Assembly (NCBI GenBank): GCA_017499595.2
Contig: CM039009.1
Location: 2,108,001-2,172,000, forward strand
Direction: 5' to 3'
From: Psilocybe cubensis
Lineage: Eukaryota
DNA: 64,000 nucleotides
The notes below the pieces were generated by a model that saw only the letters and a program-made list of their open reading frames with translations, was not told the origin of the DNA and did not search any database. Shown here in pieces: positions 57,917 through 64,000 of the stretch (position 1 is its first letter; each line of letters begins with the position of its first letter). Both the position numbers and the translations under genes were made by a program.

Positions 57917-59172
57917 TTACACAGTCTCCACGCATTGATTTATTTCGTGAGAGGTACCAGCCTCTATATCAATGGTTGGCGTGCGTTCTACGGTGTCAAT
58001 TTCTTTACTTTCACCGATACTCTGATTGAAGCGGATGGAAGATATGGCCCCAATACGGCCATGAAAATCGGATGATTTTTCTTCGTCGACTCGCCGCTGG
58101 GCCACGCGGATTAAAATCAAGTTGAAAGCAATTCCGGTAACACCCAGGTTCTATCAGATGGAGACAAGAAGGTTAGTACATCCAATATGCCAGGAAGGTT
58201 GGACCATGGTTACCATATCTGATATGATGGAAATGGCAAACGCGTTCGGAGTCCACCATACAACAAAGTGCGCGATGGCTGTAGTGAGGTATAAGGCACC
58301 TGATTCGACCAGTACGCGCATGGTGAATCTTAGGGCGCTAACCGATGTGCCACCAGCTTCAGATTTTTTGGAGACCGATGAAATCTTACGCACAATCATA
58401 ACTAGCGGTTGTGATTAGCAGGCAAAGTAGAGCAGATTTGTGACCCTAAACTCACTTGTTGCATAACTATTTAACAGAATCGTTGACGCCCAAAATGGAG
58501 TCAAGATAGTACCAGGTCCAACTTGCATGTTCACCGGCTGCCAAGTGCCAGCTATCGAGGCACTTTGTACTATCTGCCAATACGCTTGTAGTCCAGTGAG
58601 CATCAACCCACCAACCCACAAGAATACTGGAAATGTGATGACCCGCTTGGAATTGTTGTAAACAATCCAGCAGCGATATATCTAAGGTGGGTAAAAGAAG
58701 TCATTAATTATACGCCTAACTCCGAGGATCGTTCACTCTGGAGGATACAAAACTTACGAGAACAGAGTCTGCTAGGAGGGTAGTCAAATTTGAATCGGTA
58801 CACTGTTGATTTCAATTTTTATAGCTCTTCGAATCACCAAAAGGCAGTCGAAATAGAGCTTACAATAGCCACCGACATCCATGGAAGTGCTGTCGATCCT
58901 GTATACTCCTGTGAGGTAGTCGTGGAAGGTTTACTTGCGTGGTCGGCTACATGGACCGCACCAATGAGCTGGAGCACTTTAGAGATCGTTGAGAGCACCC
59001 ATATCGCTATTGTAATGGTGACCAGGGTCCAGCTAATGCGTGATCGGGCCTTCCAACCTTCGTCCGTGAAGATGAGCCATCGCAGGCAGTGGAAGAGAGT
59101 CGACAGATATAGGCCATAAATCAGAGCCACAACAAACATGGCCTGAACATCTTGGCCTGGTGGAAGGGCCAT
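57917..59172 (-). CDS. Seven-TM membrane protein, tandem paralog copy B
   Basis: Same exon structure and motifs as copy A (LADSVL|IYRCWIVY, RVLVESGALY, GIAFNLILIRV); TAA at 57917. Confidence 0.82.
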
Positions 59173-60445
59173 TATTGGATATTAAAACTACTAAGGCATA
59201 GTTGCTTCAAGTCACTTCTTTATATGCTAAAAGCCTCGAGAACTCTAACAGAGGTTATGATCCACTCGATCACAGAAACGTCAACACATGGATCAACAAC
59301 ATAGGATATTCCATTTGCGCAGTCTAACTCGGATAATTACAGCTGTTGAAATGGATAGTTATCAGCGGCAATCGCTGTCTAGAACCAGTAGCCGACAGGA
59401 AAATTGCCATATAAGTGCAAAAATTCGGGGTAAAAGATAACAAGATTGATCAAGTCTGTGATGTTGTTAATTGAGGAGGATATTTGGCAGTAGCATTGAC
59501 GTTTACAAAAAAAAACGTCATTTTCCAACAGCTCTAAAAATATACCATTTGTCCGGCGTGGCCTTCGGAGTACCAGTATTGAACGACATCCCGACAGCCA
59601 TCAAATTCCTCCAAAAGTCCCAGTTAAATCATATGATTACACATTGGCTTGATATCTATTCTTTCATTTTGCATAGAAAGTTAAACACTGCAATGAACAA
59701 GATACTGGACTTTTTACCAATTTGTTTCACTTATTTAAGGCTAGATAGATGCTTGATTTGAGTTCTGTCAATGCACTAACAATATCCGGCTATCCACCAT
59801 CAAGCAGTGCAGCGGAGCTTAACAGCGTGGAAGAATATTGGCTCAATACCCCTTCTCAACTCAATTGGAACCGACAAGACGTAGAGAATGGTATGGATCC
59901 AACTGCCAGATGGGCGAGAATTCGCACCCTGAATAGCCCTGAATCCACATAGAAATGTTTTGGTTAAGCGCCGAAGGCAGGTATAAAGTTATCTACCCGA
60001 GGTCCACGCGTACTTGTGCCTCTATACGTACGTACTAGCTCTAGTGCAGTGTTTTCTCTTAAAAACTTGCTGATGGGAAGCACCCTATGTCAACAATTGA
60101 AATACTGATCTCCCGTTCTGATATTTTTCTAGTTCTTGCCATGTATGTTCCGTGATCCTTATACTGATGCTCCAGCTTTTAACGCGCAGGCAGAACTGAG
60201 TATGAAAATTTAGTTCATGCAGAATTTTGATTGAATTCGAAGTCGTCATGTAGATCTAATTAGACTTTGTCCTCCCGTGGCTTTCGCCCCTAAGGTAAGA
60301 ATGCCAAGTTCAAGCGCGTCCCCCACTGGCACGTGCTGTCCAAGACTGATTAGATCGCGGTGATCTCATCTGTTGTCACTACGACTGTCTCAACATACCT
60401 GACTTGAACATACCACTGGGTCAACCTTCCAACAACATTTGCACC

Positions 60446-61629
60446 ATGTCTGCTACAACAGAATCAGAATCTGCTGGTAAATGGATACCTTTAGAGAGTA
60501 ATCCAGAGGTAAAGTGCTGAAGAAAGTGTCAGAGTAATGTGTTGACCCTACCCTTCGTTCGGGCTCAATGACACTATTTAGGTTTTCAACTTTGTAAGTT
60601 CGCTGAGAATCCATCGTGTCTTCAAATCCTTAATACGTACTTTAGTGGGCCAAAAAGGCGGGTTTGGTGACATCTCAAGCCCACTTCGAAGACATCTATG
60701 GATTAGACGATGACGTACGTCCCTTTTCAACGGCAAGACACCATTTTGAACTGTTATTCAGATGCTAGCAATCGTACCTCGTCCTGTCAAAGCGGTTGTA
60801 CTTCTTTTCCCAATTGACGCCGATGGGGAAGCCAGGAGGGCCGAAGAAGATTCGAAGATAGCCAGAGAAGGTCAACCAAAGATCGACAATACGATATTTT
60901 GGGTTAAACAGACTGTAGGCAAACCACCTTTCGCTACTCGCTCTTCAGGTACCTATTTTCTTGATCCAAACAGATATCTAATGCTTGTGGCACGATCGGA
61001 CTTATCCACGCATTGGCAAATGTAAGTATCCTCAGCTTCGGTCCAGTTGCAAGTCGTTGACTGTATACCATGCAGTCGGATGTGACCTTTACGCCAACCA
61101 GCCTTCTTCAAAAATATATTATTCAATGTGAAAGTAAGCTCTTTTTAATTCCATGGCCTTTTGTCTCCATCAACTCGCAACGGTTTGACCTTTAATAGAT
61201 AAAACCCCCCTGGAACGCGCCGAGCTTCTGGCCACGACGCCACTTTTTGCCGACATTCATGCCGAGTCTGCTGACTCTGGCCAGTCCGCTCAAACCATTG
61301 ATACTGACCTCCACTTTACCTGCTTTGTCGAGGCTCCGGATGCTGATATCAGAGGCGCAGCTCAAGGTGCTGGAATAAGTGAGGGTGCAAAAACCGACAC
61401 GAAGACTTCAGGGATGAGACTCATTGAATTGGACGGTAGAAGAGCCGGTCCAGTAGATCATGGGGAATGCACTGATTTGCTCAAGGTGCGTGAACAGTTC
61501 CATTTGCAATTGAAGGTAATAAATACCCCTTGATAGGACGTTGCCAACTTGGTGAAAGCGCGATACATGTCGGCTTCGACCAGCGTTTACTTCAACCTTA
61601 TGGCTCTAACCACTGCACCACAAGATTAA
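60446..61629 (+). CDS. YUH1: Ubiquitin C-terminal hydrolase, peptidase C12 (Yuh1/UCH-L3-like)
   Basis: WIPLESNPE|VFNF|W, PRPVKAVVLLFP, KQT|ISNACGTIGLIHALAN, DLHFTCFV, IELDGRRAGPVDHG. Confidence 0.9.
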
Positions 61630-62223
61630 TCCTTCCCTTGCCGAATCTGGTTTCTTTGGAATTCTTACATTTCACGTTTAAATGTGCACAAGGGATGTTA
61701 TCTTCATTATTAATGATTAGTGGAATTTACGCTGTGTTTGTATAATCTGTCGTAATCTGCCGGAGACCCCACCCTCCAGAGGATACTCAATCGGAAGATT
61801 CATGATCGGCTGGTCTTTATGACATTTAACATTTTGACAGCTGATGAACTATTGGCTGACTTCTTCAATTTTCGTACTTGTATATATACAAGCCTTGACC
61901 GTCTCACCTTTTTCTGTCCCAGACATCTTTCTACCCCAATCAGCTCTCTTTATTGTCTGGTGTACTATTGTCACAACTTTAAACCTGCGGCCTGAGTGTG
62001 CGAGACGCGGGAGAGATTCTAGCTGAAAGAAACCCCATTTATTCTAGGTTTGTGTCGCTTTGACATTGAAAATTTCTACGCGATAAAATGTGATTATTCC
62101 ACTAATTCTCGTCACTAGTCCGTTCTTGTTACTGAGTCATTCATTCAAACTGATTTGGCGGACTCAAAACTGAAAGCTGGAGGTCTTTAGGGGATTTATC
62201 CAGGTCACGTGTCACTCAGACTT

Positions 62224-62280
62224 CGCGAAATCGCGAAAACTTTTCCTAGAAACAGTTTCTGAATTCTCGTTAACGCGAAA
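62224..62280 (+). promoter_or_regulatory. Three CGCGAAA (SBF/MBF-like) motifs
   Basis: CGCGAAA at 62224, 62232 and 62274, 70-120 nt upstream of ATG 62347; motif match only. Confidence 0.35.
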
Positions 62281-62346
62281 CTCCTTTCTAAAGTCACCAT
62301 TACTTCCAAAATCTTTCATCGAATCCCTTTGTTAGCTCATAGAGCT

Positions 62347-64000
62347 ATGAGTCCCAGCCGGGGCTACAGTGGAGGAAGAGGGGGGTATCCGTACGGCTAC
62401 AGCGGAAATTGGTATGCTAACCCGTATGCCAATGCGTACAGTGGATCTACAAATTCGTATGGGAATGCCTACTCTGATTATTCATACAATGAAGGGAACC
62501 ATGGATACTCTCACTACGAGCACCACCAGCAATACCCTCACGTTGAACAACATCGGTCGCAACAGTATCAGGCCGAAAACAATCAACAAGATAATTATTA
62601 TCATCAGCCATACCCACAACGATATTCCCAACAACAATATTCGCACCAACATTCCCAATATCACGATACTTACCCAGACAGCACACAAAATCCACCCCGC
62701 CGTCGGGCGTCGCCCTCGTACGACGACTACGACGTCAGTAGCGCGGCCCGAGCACAGTCGTCAAGAGGATACAGCACATACTCTTCTTCTCGGTCTTCAT
62801 CATCACCCAGAAGATCTGACCCGTCGCGTCGTCCAAGTTCACCCTCGGAAATTCTTTTAATGCCCCCCTCGTCCATGTCCACGGAACTCCTCGCGTCTCG
62901 TGGGACTTCACACTCGCCTCGGCCTCGTAGTGCCAGCCCACCACCCCCGAGGCGAACAGAACCAAGGGAGGAGTACCTTCGCTTATCGCAGGAGCCCTCA
63001 TCATACGTTGAAGCTCCTGAAAAGGCGCGAAAGCTCATCGTACTCGACCTGAACGGGTCCTTGCTCTTGCGCAGTGCTCATCAAAGGCGTCTTCCGACTC
63101 CTCGACAAGCACCTCATTCTCAGGACCAATCAACCGATCCATATGCAGACCCCACAGTTTTACGCCCCCTACGAGTCGTACACCCCCGTCCATATCTCTC
63201 CTCTTTTATCACCTACATCTTGCACCCGAAAACTAAACAGTGGCTTGACACCATGGTCTGGAGCTCAGCACAACCGCATAGCGTCAACGATATGGTTGAT
63301 AAATGTTTCAAGGAACGAAGGCAAGAGCTTAAAGCTGTGTGGGCAAGAGATACGTTGGGGCTGACGAACAATGAATATCGTGAGTTTGGGCTTATCGACG
63401 AATAGATTTACTCATAGTCATTGGCATTTTTGATAGACAGAAAGACTTTGACATTAAAAGACCTTGAAAAACCATGGGCGGAACTCCCCTTGGTCTCTTC
63501 TAACGATCCAAAACCCCCGTCCGATAGGCCTCCACCACCTACCAGCTCTTCTCCGACTTCCGACTCTGTCTCACTTCCCAACGGTGCTGCTGAATCTGAT
63601 CCCCCGGCCACTACATCACAAACCACTCATTCTGCTCGCACAACACTCCTTATCGACGATTCGCCTCTCAAAGCAGCCCTCCAGCCATGGAACCACCTCG
63701 TTATTCCCGAGTACGTCCAGGAAATGCGTAACAAAGATTTGAAGGTCGCCGAACTCGTGAGGGAGAAGGAAATGGTACAGGATAGAACAACGGAGCAGTC
63801 CCAGGACAAAGAAACGGGTGCAACAGTCAGCGAAGATCTCACCGATGAAATCAAGGCCGACGCCTTGTCACAACCTCTCTCTGATGCAGTCCCTGCACCT
63901 GTCGAAATCAACGCTCCGTCTGCAGCATCCGATTCTCACTTGGAGACATCTGCCGCTGACAATGGTCCCGATGCCACCGCGGACACGCAGTCCAATCGTG
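62347..64000 (+). CDS. NIF/FCP1-like HAD-fold phosphatase-family protein with low-complexity N-terminus; runs off the window
   Basis: LIVLDLNGSLL, RPYLSSF, MVWSSAQPHSV, VWARDTLGL, KDLEKPW, TLLIDDSPLKAALQPWNHLVIPEY. Confidence 0.82.

Larger units (their letters stand above)
55220..60250. repeat. Diverged tandem duplication, unit about 2.7-2.8 kb (gene plus about 1 kb upstream)
   Basis: Collinear coding exons plus matching noncoding blocks at 56582/59260, 57145/59945 and 57363/60186. Confidence 0.8.

Overview
Eukaryotic, intron-rich, gene-dense fungal DNA, most consistent with an Agaricomycete basidiomycete (many 50-70 nt GT-AG introns, micro-exons, expanded TKL-like kinases and 7TM families). 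About 20 protein-coding genes can be rebuilt by hand: proteasome beta7 (partial), a very large sacsin-like/BTB protein, histone H4, an FtsJ/MRM2 methyltransferase, a TFIIIC subunit, a type-B carboxylesterase, a chitin deacetylase, two paralogous TKL-like kinases, septin Cdc12, Prp43, an MFS sugar transporter, WDR48/UAF1, a 56-aa secreted Cys-peptide precursor, an HNH-like protein, a C2H2 factor, a DnaJ/DnaJ-X protein, TyrRS, two tandem 7TM proteins, a UCH deubiquitinase and a NIF/FCP1-like protein (partial). There are also two convergent intron-containing tRNA-Leu(AAG) genes. The most notable observation is a 1460-bp non-autonomous DNA transposon (perfect 27-bp TIRs TACGG...CCGTA, 6-bp TSD GACGGC, IS3EU-like ends). 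It sits inside intron 1 of a kinase fused to an AMSH/Doa4-type USP8-dimerisation (MIT-like) domain, and that kinase's paralog about 10 kb away has an unrelated N-terminus. All calls come from manual reading and remembered motifs; no database searches were run, and exon boundaries are manual predictions.
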